Part shown: in pieces, positions 1 to 15,100 of the stretch
Numbering within the stretch: the first letter of the stretch is position 1
Layout: each line of letters starts with the position of its first letter
Source of the DNA: the human T2T-CHM13v2.0 reference genome, Homo sapiens
Assembly (NCBI RefSeq): GCF_009914755.1
Contig: NC_060945.1
Direction: 5' to 3' (one strand)
Length of the DNA stretch: 64,000 bases
Program-made: the position numbers and the translations under genes
The notes under the pieces: generated by a model
What the model was told of the DNA's origin: nothing
The model's input: the letters and a program-made list of their open reading frames with translations, nothing else
Database searches by the model: none

Positions 1-50
1 AATGGAATGGAATGCAATGGAATGGAATAGAATGGAATAGAATAGAATGG

Positions 51-590
51 AAATGAATCAACCCATGTGGAATGGAATGGAATGGATTGGAATGAAATGG
101 AATGGAATGGAATGGTTTGGAATAGAATGTAATAGAATTCAGTTGAATCAACACGATTGGAATGGAATGGAATGGAATGGATCAGAATGCAATTGAATCA
201 ACCAGAGAGGAATGGAATGGAATGGAATGCAATGGAATGGAATGAAACGGAATGAATCAACACGAGTGGAATGGAATGGAATGGAATGGAATGGAATGGA
301 ATGGAATAGGATAGAATGGAAATGAATCAACCCATGTGGAATCGAATGGAATGGATTGGAATGAAATGGAATGGAATTGAATGGATTGGAGTAGAATGTA
401 ATAGAATTCAGTTGAATCAACACGATTGGAATGGAAAGGAATGGAATGGAATGGAATGGATCAGAATGCAATTTAATCAAACTGAGAGGAATGGAATGGA
501 ATGCAATTAAATGGAATGGAATGGAATGGAATGGAAGTGAAAGGAATGGAGTGAAGTGCAATAGAATAGAATTGAATCAACGTAGGGGAA
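51..590 (+). repeat. ~270 bp tandem duplication within HSat3
   Basis: AAATGAATCAACCCATGTGG at 51 and 320; AGAATGTAATAGAATTCAGTTGAATCAACACGATTGG at ~124 and ~393; ATCAGAATGCAATT at 181 and 460. Confidence 0.75.
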
Positions 591-3500
591 TGGAATGGAA
601 TGGAATGGAAAGGAATGGAATGGATTCGAATGGAATGGAATGGAATGGAATTATATGCAATAGAATGGAATGGAATGGAATGAAAACGAATTTAATGGAA
701 TGGAATGGAAAGGAATCTAATAGAATTGAATTGAATCAACCCCAGTGGAGAGGAATGGTATTTAATGGAATGGAATGGAATGGAATGGAATGAAATGGAA
801 TGGAGTAGTATGGAATTGAATCAACCCGAGTGGAATGGAATGGAATTGAATGGAATGGAATTGAATGGAGTAGAGTGGAATTGAAACAAACCGAGTGGAA
901 CGGAATTGAAAGGAATGGAATAGAATGGAATTGAAACAAGCCGAGTGGAATGGAATGGAACGGAATGGAATGGAATGCAATAGCATGGAATGGAATGGAA
1001 TGGAATATAATGGAATGGAATGGAATAGAAAGGCATTGAATTAACCCGAGTGGAATGGAATGGAATGGAATGGAACGGAATGGAATGGAATGGAATAGAA
1101 TGGAGTAGAATGGAATTGAAACAAACCGAGTGGAACGGAATTGAATGGAATGGAATAGAATTGAATTGAATCAAATCGAGTGGAATGGAATGAAATGGAA
1201 TGGAATGGAATGGAATGGAATGGAATAGAATGGAATGGAATGGAATGGAATGAAATAGAATGGAATGGAGTCAACACATGTGGAATGGAATGGAATGGAA
1301 TGCTTTGGAATTCAATGGATTTGAGTGGAATGAAATAGAATGCAGTTGAATCAACACGAGCAGAATGAAATGGAATGGAATGGTATGGAATGGAAGAGAA
1401 TGCAAATGAATCAACCTGAGTGGAATGGAATGGAATGGAATGGAATGGAATGGAATGGAAGAGAATGGAATGGAATAGAATGGAATTGAATCAAACTGAG
1501 TGGAATGGAACGGAATGGAATGGAAAGGAATGGAATGGAAAGGAATGGAATGGAATGGAACAGAATGAAATAGAATGGAATAGAATCAACCCAACTGGAA
1601 TGGAATGGAATGGAATGGAATGGAATGGAATGGAATAGAAGGAAATGGAATGGAATGGAATGGAATGGATTGGAAAGGAATGGAACGGAATGGAATTGAA
1701 TGGAATACAATAGAATGAAATGAAATCCCCTCGAGTGGAATGGAATGGTATGGAATGGAGTGAAATGCAATAGAAAGGATTTGAACAAACACGAGTGGAG
1801 TGGAGTTTAATGGAGTGGAATGGAATGGAATGGAGTGGAATTCGGTCAACCCGAGTGTAATGGAATGCAATTGATTACCCGAGTGGAATGGAATGGAATG
1901 GAATGGAATGGAATGGAATGGAATAGAATGGAAATTATTCAACCAGTGTGGAATGGAATGGAAAGAAATGGAATGGAATGGAGTGCAGTGGAATGGAATA
2001 GAATGGAATTGAATCAAACCGAGTGGAACGAAATGGATTGGAATGGAATGGAATGGAATGGAATGGAATGGAATGGAATGGAATCAACACGAGTGGAATG
2101 GAATGGAATGACAGGGAATGGAATGGAATGGAGTGGATTGGAATGGAATAGAATTGAACTGATTTAACCTGAGTTGAATGGAACGGAATGGTATGCAATG
2201 GAATAGAATGCAATGGAATGAAATGGTATGGAATGGAAGAGAATGGAATTGAACCAACACGAGTGGAATGGAATGGAATGGATTGGAATGGAATAGAATG
2301 GAATTGAATCAACACGAGTGGAATGGATTGGAATGGAATGGAATAGAATGGAATGGAATGGAAAGAAATCAACCAGAGTGGTATGGAATGGAATGGAATG
2401 GAATGGAATGGAATGGAATCAACCCGAGTGGAATGCAATGGAATGGAATGGAATGGAATGGAATGGAATAGAATGAAATAAAATTGAATTGAATCAACCC
2501 GAGTGGAATGGGATGGAAAGGAATGGAATGGAAAGGAATCAACCAGAGTGGAATGGAATGCAATAGAATGGAATGGAATGGAGTAGAAAGGAATTGAATC
2601 AACCCGAGTGGGAAGGAATGGAATGGAATGGAATGGAATGGAATGGAATGGAATGGAATGGTATGGAATCAACGCTTGTGGAATGGAAATGAAAAGGAAT
2701 GGAATGGAATGGAGTAGAAAGGAATTGAATCAACCAGAGTGGAATGGAATGGAATGCAATGGAATGGAATGGAATGGATTCACCCCAAGTGGAATGGAAT
2801 TGAATGGAGTGGAAATGAATGGAATTTAAAGGAATTCAATAGAATTGAATTGAATCAACCCATGTGGAATGGAATGGAGTGGAAAGGAATGTAATGTTAT
2901 TGAATGGAGTGGAATGGAATAGAAAGTTATTGAATCAACCTGAGTGGAAAGGAATGGAATGGAATGGAATGGAATAATATGGAATTGAAACAACTGGACT
3001 GGAACGGAAAGGAAGGGAATGGAACTGAACGGAACGGAATGGAATGGAATGGAATGGAAGAGAGAGGATTTTATCAACCAGAGTGGAAGGGAATGGAATG
3101 AAATCCAATGGAATGGACTGGAATCAAACCGAGTGGAATGGAATGGAAAGGAACGGAATGGAATGGAAAGGAATGGAATGGCATCGAATGGAATGGAATA
3201 GAAAGGAATTGATTCAACCAGAGTGGAGTGGAATGGAATGGAATGGAATGGAATAGAGTGGAATGGAATGGAATGGAATGGAATAGAATGGAATAGAATG
3301 GAATGGAATAGAATGGAGTTTAATCAACCCGAGTGGAATGGAATGGACCGGAATTGAATTGAACAGATTGGAATGAAATGGAATTGAATAGAATGGAATT
3401 GAATCAAACCACGTGGAATGGAATCGAATGAAATGGAATGGATTGGTATGGAACAGAAGGGAGTGGAGTGGAATAGAGTGGAATTGAATCAACCAGAGTG

Positions 3501-6500
3501 GAGTGGAATGGAATGGAATGGAATGGAATAGAATGGAATGTGATAGAATGGATTTGAATCAGTCATAGTGGATTGGAATGGAATGGAAATGAATGGAATA
3601 GAATGGAATGGAATGGAATGGAATTTAATAAATGGAATTGAATCAAACCGAGTAGAATGGAATGGAATGGAATGGAATGGAATGGAAGGGAATGGAATGG
3701 AATGGAATGGAGTGGAATGCAATGGAATGGAATGGAATGGGAGAGAATGGAATTGAATCACCCCGAGTGGAATGGAATGGAATGGAATGGAATGGAATGG
3801 AATGGAATGGAATGGAGTAGTACGGAATTGAATCAACCCGAGTGGAATGTAATGGAATGGAATGGAACGGAACGGAATGGAATGGAATGGAATGGAATGG
3901 AATGCAATTTAATGGAATCAACCCGAGTGGAGTGGAATGGGTTGCAATAGAATGGAATGGAATGGAATGGAATGGAATAGAATAGAATTGAATCAACCCA
4001 AGTGGAGTGGAAGGGAATGGAATGGAATGGATTGGAATTCAATGGAATGGAATGGAATGGAATAGAATGGAATTGAATCAACTGGAGTGGAATAGAATGG
4101 AATGGAATGGAATATGATATAATGGAATGGAATCAACCCGAGTGGAATGGAATGAAAGGAATTGAATGGAATTGAAGGGAATGGAATGGAATTGAATACA
4201 ATGGAATTGAATGAAGCCGAGTGGAATGGAATGGAATGGAATGGAATAGAGTGAGTCTGAATCAATCCGATTGGATTGGAAAGGAATGGAATAGAAGGGA
4301 ATGGAATAGCATGGAATTGATTTAACCCGAGTGGAATGGAATGGATTGGAATGGAATGGAATGGAATGGAATGGAAAGGATTCCACCCGAGTGGAATGGA
4401 ATGGAGTGGAACGGAATGGAATGGAATGAACGAGAGATGAATGGAATGGAATAGAATGGAATAGAATAGAATAGAACAACAAAAGTGGAATGGAATGGAA
4501 TGAAATGGAATGGAATGGAATCAACCCGAGTGGAATGGAACGGAACGGAATGGAATGGAATGAAATGGAATCGAATGGAATGGAATCAACCCGAGTGGAA
4601 TGGAATGGAATCAACGCATGTGCAACGGAATGGAATGGAATGGAATGGAATGGAATCAACCCGAGTGGAATGTAATGGAATGTAATGGAATAGAATGGAA
4701 TGGAAGGAAATGGTATTGAATGAAATCAAACCGAGTGGAATGGAAGGAAAAGGAATGGAATGGAATGGAATAGAATGGAATTCAGTCAACCCGAGTGGAA
4801 TGGAATCGAATGAAATGGAATGGAATGGAAAGGAATCAACCCGAGTGAAATGCAATGGAATGGAATTGAACGGAATTGAATCAAACCGAGAGGAGTGTAA
4901 TGGAATGCAATGGAATGGAATCGAAAGGAATGGAATAGAATGGAATTGAATCAAACCAAGTGGAGTGGAATAGAATGGAATAGAATGGATTGGAATAGAA
5001 AAGATTGGAATGGAATGGAATGGAATGGAATGTAAAGGAATGGGATTGAATAAGCCGAAGTGGAATAGAATGGAATGGAATGGAATGGAATGGAATGAAA
5101 TATAAAGGAATTGAATCAACCCGAGTGGAACCGAATGGAATGGAAAGGAAAGGAATGGAATGGAATGGAATGGAGTGGAATGGAACAGAATGGAATGGAA
5201 TCAACCAGAGTGGAATGGAGTGGAATGGAATCAATAGAATGGAGTGGAATGGTAGGAATGCAATAGAATGGAATGGAATCAACTCGACTGGAATATAAAG
5301 GAATTGAGTGGAATGCAATAGAATGGAATGGAATCCACTCGAGTGGAGTGGAATGGTATGGAATGGAGTGAAATGCTTTAGAACGGATTTGAATCAACCC
5401 GAGTGGAGTGGAGTGGAATGGAATGGAATGGTATGGAATGGAAGGGATAGAATGGAATGGAATTGAATCGACCCAAGTGGAATGGAATAGAATGGAATGG
5501 AATGGATAGAAATGGAATGGAGTGTAATAGAATGGAATGGAATGGAATGCAATGGAATTCAAAAGAATGGAATTGAATCAACCCGTGTGGAATGGAATGG
5601 AATGGAATGGAATGGAATGGAATGGAATGGAATGGAGTGGAGTGGAATGGAATAGAAATTTATTGAATCAACCCAATTGGAATGGAATGGAATAGAGTGG
5701 AATTGAATCAACCACAGTGGAAAGGAATGCAATGGAATGGAATGGAATGGAATGGAATGGAATGGAATGGAATGGCATTGAATGAAATGGAATGGAATCG
5801 ATTGGAATGGAATGGAATCAACATCAGTGGAATGGAATGCAAAAGAATGGAATCGAACAGAATGCAATCAACACGAGTGGAATGGAATGGAATGGGATGG
5901 AGTGGAATGTAATACAATTGAACGGAATGGAAAGGAATAGAATGAAATGGAATGGAATGGAATAAAATGGAATGGAATGGAATGGAATTTAATCAAACCG
6001 AGTGTAATGGAAAGGAAGGGAATGGAATGGAATGGAATGGAATGCAAAGGAATGGAATGGAATGGAATTATACCGAGTGGAAATGATTGGAATGGAATGC
6101 AATAGAATAGAATGGAATGGAGTGGAATCAACCCGAATGGAATGGAACGGCATGCAATGGAATGAAATCAACCCGAGTGGAATGGAATGGATTGGAATAG
6201 TATGGAATGGAATGAACACGTGTGGAATGGAATGGAATGAAATGGAGTGGAGTGTAATGGAATGGAATGGAAAGGAATCCACACGAGTGGAAGGGAATAG
6301 ATTGGAATGGAGTGGAAGGGAAGGAAATGGAATGGAGTGGATTGGAATGGAATGAAATGGAATGGAACGGAATGGACTGGATTGGAATCAATCAAAGTGG
6401 AATGGAATGGAAGGGAATGGAATGGAATGGAATGGAAGCAACCAGAGTGGAATGGGATAGAATGGAATGGAATGCAATGGGTTGGAATGGAATGGAATGG

Positions 6501-6510
6501 AACGGAATGC

Positions 6511-9500
6511 AATGGAATGGAATTAACCCGAATGGAATGGAATGGAAAGCAATGGAAACGAATAGAATGGAACCAACACGAGTGGAGTGGAATGGAATGG
6601 AATGGAATGGAATGGAATGGAATGGAATGGAATGCATTGGAATTGAACCTACCTGTGTGGAATGGAAGGGAATGGAAAGGAATGGAATATAATGGAAACA
6701 ACACGAGTGGCATGGAATGGAATGGAAAGGAATCTAATGGAACGGAATGGAATGGAATGGAATCAACCAGAGTGGAATGGAAAGGAAGGGAATGGAATGG
6801 AATGGAATGGAACAGAAGCAACCCGATTGGAATGGAAAGGAAGGGATTGGAATGGAATAGAATGGAAAGGAATGGAAAGGAAAGGAATGGAATGGAACGG
6901 AAATAACCCTTGTAATTGAATGGAATGGAATGGAATGGAATCAACGCGAGTGCAATGGAATGGAATGGAATGGAATGGAATGGAATGGAATGGAATGGAA
7001 TGGAAAGGAATCGAATGGAAAGGAATCAACATGAGTGGAATGGAATGGAATGGAATGGAATGGAATGGAATGGACTGGAATGGAAAGGAATGGAATGGAA
7101 TGGAATGGAAACAACACGAGTGGCATGAAATGGAATGGAATGGAATGGAATGGAATCAAACCGAGAGAATTGGAATGGAATGGAATGGCATTGAATGGCA
7201 TGGAACGAATTGGAATGGAATGGATTGGAATGAACCCTATTCGAATTGAATGGAAGGGAAAGGAATGGAGTGGAATGGAATGTCATGGAATGGAAAGGAA
7301 TGTATTGGAATGGAATGGAAATAACCCGAGTGGAATGGAATGGAATGGAAGGCAATGGAATGGAATGGAATGGAAAGGAAAGGAATGGAATGGAATGGAA
7401 CCAAGCCGAGTGGAATATAGTGGAATGGAATGGAATGGAATGGAATGGAATGGAATGGAATGGAATGGAATGGCATGGAATCAAGACGAGTGGAATTGAA
7501 TAGAATGGAATGGTATGGAATGGAATGGAGTAGAATGGAATTGGATCAGCCTGTGTGGAATGTAATTGAATGGAATGGAATGGAATGGAATGGCATCTAC
7601 CCGACTGGAATGCAATGGAATGGAAAGGAATGGAATGGAATGCAATGGAATGGAATTGAATGGAAACAACCCGAGTGGAATGGAAAGGAAAGGAATGGAA
7701 TGGAATGGAATTTAATCAACCCGAGTGGAATGGAATGGAATGGAATAGAAGCAACACCAGTGGAATGGAATGTAACAGAATGAAATGGATTCCAATGGAA
7801 TGGAATCAAACGAGGTGGAATGGAATGGAAGGAAATTGAATGGAATGGAATGGAATAGAAGCAACCCGAGTGGAATGGAATTGAAGGGAATGGAATGGAA
7901 TGGAATGAAATCGAATGGAATGGAATGGAAATAACCTGAGGAGCATTGAATGGAATGGAATGGAATGGAATCAACCCGAGTGGAATGGAATGGAATGGAA
8001 TGGAATGGAATGGAATGGAATGGAATGGAATGGAATTGAATGGAATGGATTGGAATGGAATGGAATTGAATTGAATCAATGCGAGTGGGATGGAATGGAA
8101 TGAAATGGAATCTCTTTGAATGCAATGGAAAGGAATGGAATCAACAAGAGTGTAATGGAATGGAATGGAATGTATTGGAATGGGAGCAACCCGATTTGAA
8201 TGGAATGAAATGGAACGGAATGGAAAAAACCCGAGAGGAAACGAATGGAAAGGAAGGGCATAGAATGGAATGGAATGAAATGGAATGGAATTAAATGGAA
8301 TTTAATAAAAACCGAGCGGAATGGAATGGAAGGGAATGGAATGGAATGGAATGCAATGGAAAGGAATGGAATGGAATGAAATTAACCCCAGTGGAATTCA
8401 ATGGAATGGAATCAGCCCAAGAGGAATGGAATAGAATGGAATGGAAAGGGATCAACCAGAGTGGAATGCAATGTAATGTAATGTAACGTAATGTAATGGA
8501 GTCAAAATGTGTGGAATGGAATGGCATGGAATGGAATAGAGTGGAATGGAATGTAATGGAATGTAATGGAGCGGAATCAAGCAGAATGGAATGGAATGGA
8601 ATGGAATGGAATGGAATGGAATGGAATAGAAGTAACTGGAGTGGAATGGAATGGAAGGGAATAGAATGGAAGGGAAGGGAATAGAATGGAATGGAATGGA
8701 ATGGAATGGAATGGAATTTAACGGAATGGAATACAATGGAATGCAATGGCATGGAATGAACACGATTGGGAAGGAATGCAATGGAATGGGAGGGAATGGA
8801 ATGTAATTGAATCAACCCGAGTGGAATGAAATAGAATGGAAAGGATTGGAATAGAATGTAATCGACCGGAGTGGAGTGGAATGGAATGGAATGGAATGGA
8901 ATGGAAAGGAATACAATGGAATGGGAGCAACCCGAGTGGAATGGAATGAAATGGAATGGAAGGAAATGGAATGGAATGGAATGGAATCCACCCAACTGGA
9001 ATGGAATGGAATGCAATTGAATGGAATGGAATGGAATGGAATGGAACGGAACGGAATGGAATGGAATGGAATGGAATTGAATCAACCCGAGTGGAATGAA
9101 GTTAAATGGAATGGAATGGAAAGGATTGGAATGGAATTCAATCAACCCGAGTGGAGTGGAATGGAATGGAATGGAATGCAATGGAATGGGAGCAACCCGA
9201 GTGGAATGGAATGGAATGAAACGGAATGGAATGGAATCCACCCAACTGGAATGGAATGGAATGGAATGGAATGGAATGGAATGGAATGGAGTGGAATGGA
9301 ATCACACGAGTGGAATGGAATGGAATGGAATGAAATGGAATGGAATTAACCCGAATGGAATGGAATGGAAAGCAATGGAAACGAATAGAATGGAACCAAC
9401 ACGAGTGGAGTGGAATATAATGGAATGGAATGGAATGGAATGGAATGGAATGGAATGCATTGGAATTGAACCTACCTGTGTGGAATGGAAGGGAATGGAA

Positions 9501-12160
9501 AGGAATGGAATATAATGGAAACAACACGAGTGGCATGGAATGGAATGGAAAGGAATCTAATGGAACGGAATGGAATGGAATGGAATCAACCAGAGTGGAA
9601 TGGAAAGGAAGGGAATGGAATGGAATGGAATGGAACAGAAGCAACCCGATTGGAATGGAAAGGAAGGGATTGGAATGGAATAGAATGGAAAGGAATGGAA
9701 AGGAAAGGAATGGAATGGAACGGAAATAACCCTTGTAATTGAATGGAATGGAATGGAATGGAATCAACGCGAGTGCAATGGAATGGAATGGAATGGAATG
9801 GAATGGAATGGAATGGAATGGAAAGGAATCGAATGGAAAGGAATCAACATGAGTGGAATGGAATGGAATGGAATGGAATGGAATGGAATGGACTGGAATG
9901 GAAAGGAATGGAATGGAATGGAATGGAAACAACACGAGTGGCATGAAATGGAATGGAATGGAATGGAATGGAATCAAACCGAGAGAATTGGAATGGAATG
10001 GAATGGCATTGAATGGCATGGAACGAATTGGAATGGAATGGATTGGAATGAACCCTATTCGAATTGAATGGAAGGGAAAGGAATGGAGTGGAATGGAATG
10101 TCATGGAATGGAAAGGAATGTATTGGAATGGAATGGAAATAACCCGAGTGGAATGGAATGGAATGGAAGGCAATGGAATGGAATGGAATGGAAAGGAAAG
10201 GAATGGAATGGAATGGAACCAAGCCGAGTGGAATATAGTGGAATGGAATGGAATGGAATGGAATGGAATGGAATGGAATAGAATGGAATGGCATGGAATC
10301 AAGACGAGTGGAATTGAATAGAATGGAATGGTATGGAATGGAATGGAGTAGAATGGAATTGGATCAGCCTGTGTGGAATGTAATTGAATGGAATGGAATG
10401 GAATGGAATGGCATCTACCCGACTGGAATGCAATGGAATGGAAAGGAATGGAATGGAATGCAATGGAATGGAATTGAATGGAAACAACCCGAGTGGAATG
10501 GAAAGGAAAGGAATGGAATGGAATGGAATTGAATGGAATTTAATCAACCCGAGTGGAATGGAATGGAATGGAATAGAAGCAACACCAGTGGAATGGAATG
10601 TAACAGAATGAAATGGATTCCAATGGAATGGAATCAAACGAGGTGGAATGGAATGGAAGGAAATTGAATGGAATGGAATGGAATAGAAGCAACCCGAGTG
10701 GAATGGAATTGAAGGGAATGGAATGGAATGGAATGAAATCGAATGGAATGGAATGGAAATAACCTGAGGAGCATTGAATGGAATGGAATGGAATGGAATC
10801 AACCCGAGTGGAATGGAATGGAATGGAATGGAATGGAATGGAATGGAATGGAATGGAATGGATTGGAATGGAATGGAATTGAATTGAATCAATGCGAGTG
10901 GGATGGAATGGAATGAAATGGAATCTCTTTGAATGCAATGGAAAGGAATGGAATCAACAAGAGTGTAATGGAATGGAATGGAATGTATTGGAATGGGAGC
11001 AACCCGATTTGAATGGAATGAAATGGAACGGAATGGAAAAAACCCGAGAGGAAACGAATGGAAAGGAAGGGCATAGAATGGAATGGAATGAAATGGAATG
11101 GAATTAAATGGAATTTAATAAAAACCGAGCGGAATGGAATGGAAGGGAATGGAATGGAATGGAATGCAATGGAAAGGAATGGAATGGAATGAAATTAACC
11201 CCAGTGGAATTCAATGGAACGGAATCAGCCCAAGAGGAATGGAATAGAATGGAATGGAAAGGGATCAACCAGAGTGGAATGCAATGTAATGTAATGTAAC
11301 GTAATGTAATGGAGTCAAAATGTGTGGAATGGAATGGCATGGAATGGAATAGAGTGGAATGGAATGTAATGGAATGTAATGGAGCGGAATCAAGCAGAAT
11401 GGAATGGAATGGAATGGAATGGAATGGAATGGAATAGAAGTAACTGGAGTGGAATGGAATGGAAGGGAATAGAATGGAATGGAATGGAATGGAAGGGAAT
11501 AGAATGGAATGGAATGGAATGGAATTTAACGGAATGGAATACAATGGAATGCAATGGCATGGAATGAACACGATTGGGAAGGAATGCAATGGAATGGGAG
11601 GGAATGGAATGTAATTGAATCAACCCGAGTGGAATGGAGTGGAATGAAATAGAATGGAAAGGATTGGAATAGAATGTAATCGACCCGAGTGGAGTGGAAT
11701 GGAATGGAATGGAATGGAATGGAATGGAAAGGAATACAATGGAATGGGAGCAACCCGAGTGGAATGGAATGGAATGGAATGGAAGGAAATGGAATGGAAT
11801 GGAATGGAATCCACCCAACTGGAATGGAATGGAATGCAATTGAATGGAATGGAATGGAATGGAATGGAATGGAACGGAATGGAATGGAATGGAATGGAAT
11901 GGAATTGAATCAACCCGAGTGGAATGAAGTTAAATGGAATGGAATGGAAAGGATTGGAATGGAATTCAATCAACCCGAGTGGAGTGGAATGGAATGGAAT
12001 GGAATGCAATGGAATGGGAGCAACCCGAGTGGAATGGAATGGAATGAAACGGAATGGAATGGAATCCACCCAACTGGAATGGAATGGAATGGAATGGAAT
12101 GGAATGGAGTGGAATGGAATCACACGAGTGGAATGGAATGGAATGGAATGAAATGGAATG
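6511..12160 (+). repeat. Recent ~2.82 kb tandem duplication within HSat3 (2 copies)
   Basis: Rare markers recur at offsets of 2813-2823: AATTAACCCGAATGG 6521/9344; ATCACACGAG 9301/12119. ORF-track translations are identical or near-identical at 8076/10889 and 7026/9844. Confidence 0.93.
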
Positions 12161-15100
12161 GAATGGAATGGAAGCAACCCGAGTGTAATGGAATGGAATG
12201 GAAAGTAATGGAATGGAATGGAATGGAATCAAACGGACTGGAATAGAATGGAATGGAAAGGAATGGATTTGAATAGAAGGGAATGGAATGGAATTGAATG
12301 GAATGGAACCAACCCGAGTGGAGTGGTATGGAATGGAATGGAATGGTATGGAATGGAATGGAATGGAATGAAACCGTGGGGAATGGAATTTAAGGGAATT
12401 GAATGGAATGGAATGGAATGGAAACAACCCGAGTGGAATGGAATGGAAGGGAACGGAATGGAATGGAATGTATTGGAATGGAAACGAATGGAATGGAATG
12501 GAAATAACACGAGTGCAGTTGAATGGAATGGAATCGAAAGGAATGGAATTGCATAGAATCAACCCGAGTGGAATGGAATGGAAAGGAATGGAATGGAATG
12601 GAATGGAATGGAATGGAATAGAATGCAATGGAATCAACCCGAGTGTAATGCAATGGAATGGAATGGAATGGAAAAGAAGGAATAGAATGGATTCAAACCG
12701 AGTGGAATGGAATGGAATGGAATGGAATGGAATGGCATGGAAACAACATGAGTGGAATGGAATGGAATGGAATTGAATGGAATGAAATGAAGTCGAATGG
12801 AATGGAATAGAATGGAATTAAATTAACCCGAGTGCAATGGAATGGAATGGAAAGGGAACAACCCGAGTGGAATGGAAAGGAATGCCATGGAATTGAAGGG
12901 AATTGAATGGAATGCAATGGAATGGAATCAACCCGAGAGCAATGGAATAGAAGGGAATGCAATGGAATGGAATGGAATAGAATGGACTTGAATATACCCA
13001 CATGGAACGGAATATAATGGAAAGGAATAGAATGGAATGGAATGGAATGGAATGGAATGGAATGGAATCAACCCTAGTGGAATGGAATGGAAGGGAATGG
13101 AACGCAACGGAATGGAATGGAATGCAATGGAATGGAATGGAATGGAATGGAATGGAATGAAATGGTATAGAATGGAGTTGCATATATCGAAGTGGAATGG
13201 AATGGAATAGAATGGAATGAAATCAACCCGAGTGGAATGGAATGGAATGGAATAGAATGGAATGGAACTCAATGGAATGGAATGGAATGGAATGGAATGG
13301 AATGGAATGGAATGGAATAGCATGGAAAGGAGTCAACCTGAATGGAATGGAATGGAATGAAATGGAATAGAATCAACACGAGTGGAATGGAATGGAATGG
13401 AATGGAATGGAATGGAATGGAATGGAATTCAATGTAGTACAGTGGAATAGAATCAAACCGAGTGGATTGGAATGGAATGGAATGGAATCAACTCGAGTGG
13501 AATGGAAAGGAATGTAATGTAATGGAATGGAATGGAAGGGAATGCAATGGAATGGAATGGAATGGAATGGAAGGAAATGGAATGGAATGCAATGGAATGG
13601 AATGGAAGGGAGTGGAATGGAATGGAATGCAATGGAATGGAATGGAAGGGAGTGGAATGGAATGGAATGGATTGGAATGGAATGGAATGGAATCTACCCG
13701 AGTGGAATGGAATGGAAAAAAATGGATTGGAGTAGAATGGAAGGGAATGGAATTGAATGGAATGGATTGGAATCAACCAGAGTGAAGACGAATGGAATGG
13801 AATGAAATAGAATGAAATGGAATGGAATAGATTGGAAACGAATCTACCAGCGTGGAATGGAATGGAATGGAATGGTGTGGAATCAACATGTGTGGAATGG
13901 AATGGCATGGAATGGAATGGAATGGAACGGAATCAACACAAGTGGATTGCAATGGAATGGAATGCAATGGAATGGAAAAGAATGGCATGGAACGTAATGG
14001 AAAGGAATGGAGTCAACCCGAGTGGAATGGCATGAATTGGAATGGAACGGAATGGAATCAACCCGAGTGGAATGGTATGGAATTCAATGGAATGGAATGG
14101 AATGCAATGGAATTGAATGGAATCAACACGAGTGAAATGGAATGGAATGCAAGGGAATGGAACGGAATAGAATGGTATGAAATCAACAGGTGTGGAATGG
14201 AATGCACTGGAACGGAATGGAATGAAATGGAATGGAATGGAGTGGAATGGAATGGAATGGAATGAAACGGAATCAACACGAGTGGAATGGAATGGAATGG
14301 AATGGATAGGAATGGAATTAAAACGAGTGGAATGGAATGGAAGGCAATGGAATGGAATTGAATGGAATAGAAGCATCCCGATTGGAATGGAATGGAATGG
14401 AATGGAATGGAATGGAATAGAATGGAATGGAAAGGAATGGAATGGAATGGAATTAACACGAGTGGAATACAATGAATCGGAACGGAATGGAATGGAATGG
14501 TATTGAGTGGAGTTGAATGGAATGGAATGGAATGGAATCAACACGAGTGGAATGGAATGGAGTAGAATGGCATGGAATGGAAAAGTATGGAATTGAATCT
14601 ATGCGAGTGGAATGTAATGGAATGGAATGGAATGGATTGGAATGAAATGGAATGGAATGGATTGGAATCAAATGCAATCAAACCGAGTGGAAAAGAGTAG
14701 AATGTAATGGAACGGAATGTAATGGAATAGAAAGAATTGAATCAACCCGAGAGGAATGGAATGGAATGGAATGGAATGGAATGGAAAGGAATGGAATGGA
14801 ATGGAATGGAAAGAAGAGTGGAATTGAATCAATCTGAGTGGAATGGAATGGAATGGAATGGAATGGAATCAATAGATTTGAATCAACCCAAGAGGAATGG
14901 AATGCAATGGAATGGAATGGAATGGAATGGAATGCAATGGAATGCAATGGAATGGAATGGAATGGAATGGAATGGAATGTAGTAGAATGTAATTGAATCA
15001 ACCCGAGTGGAATGGAATGGAATGGAATGGAACGGAATGGAATGGAGTCAACCCGAGTGGAATGGAATGGAATGGAATGGAATGGAATGGAATGGAATGG

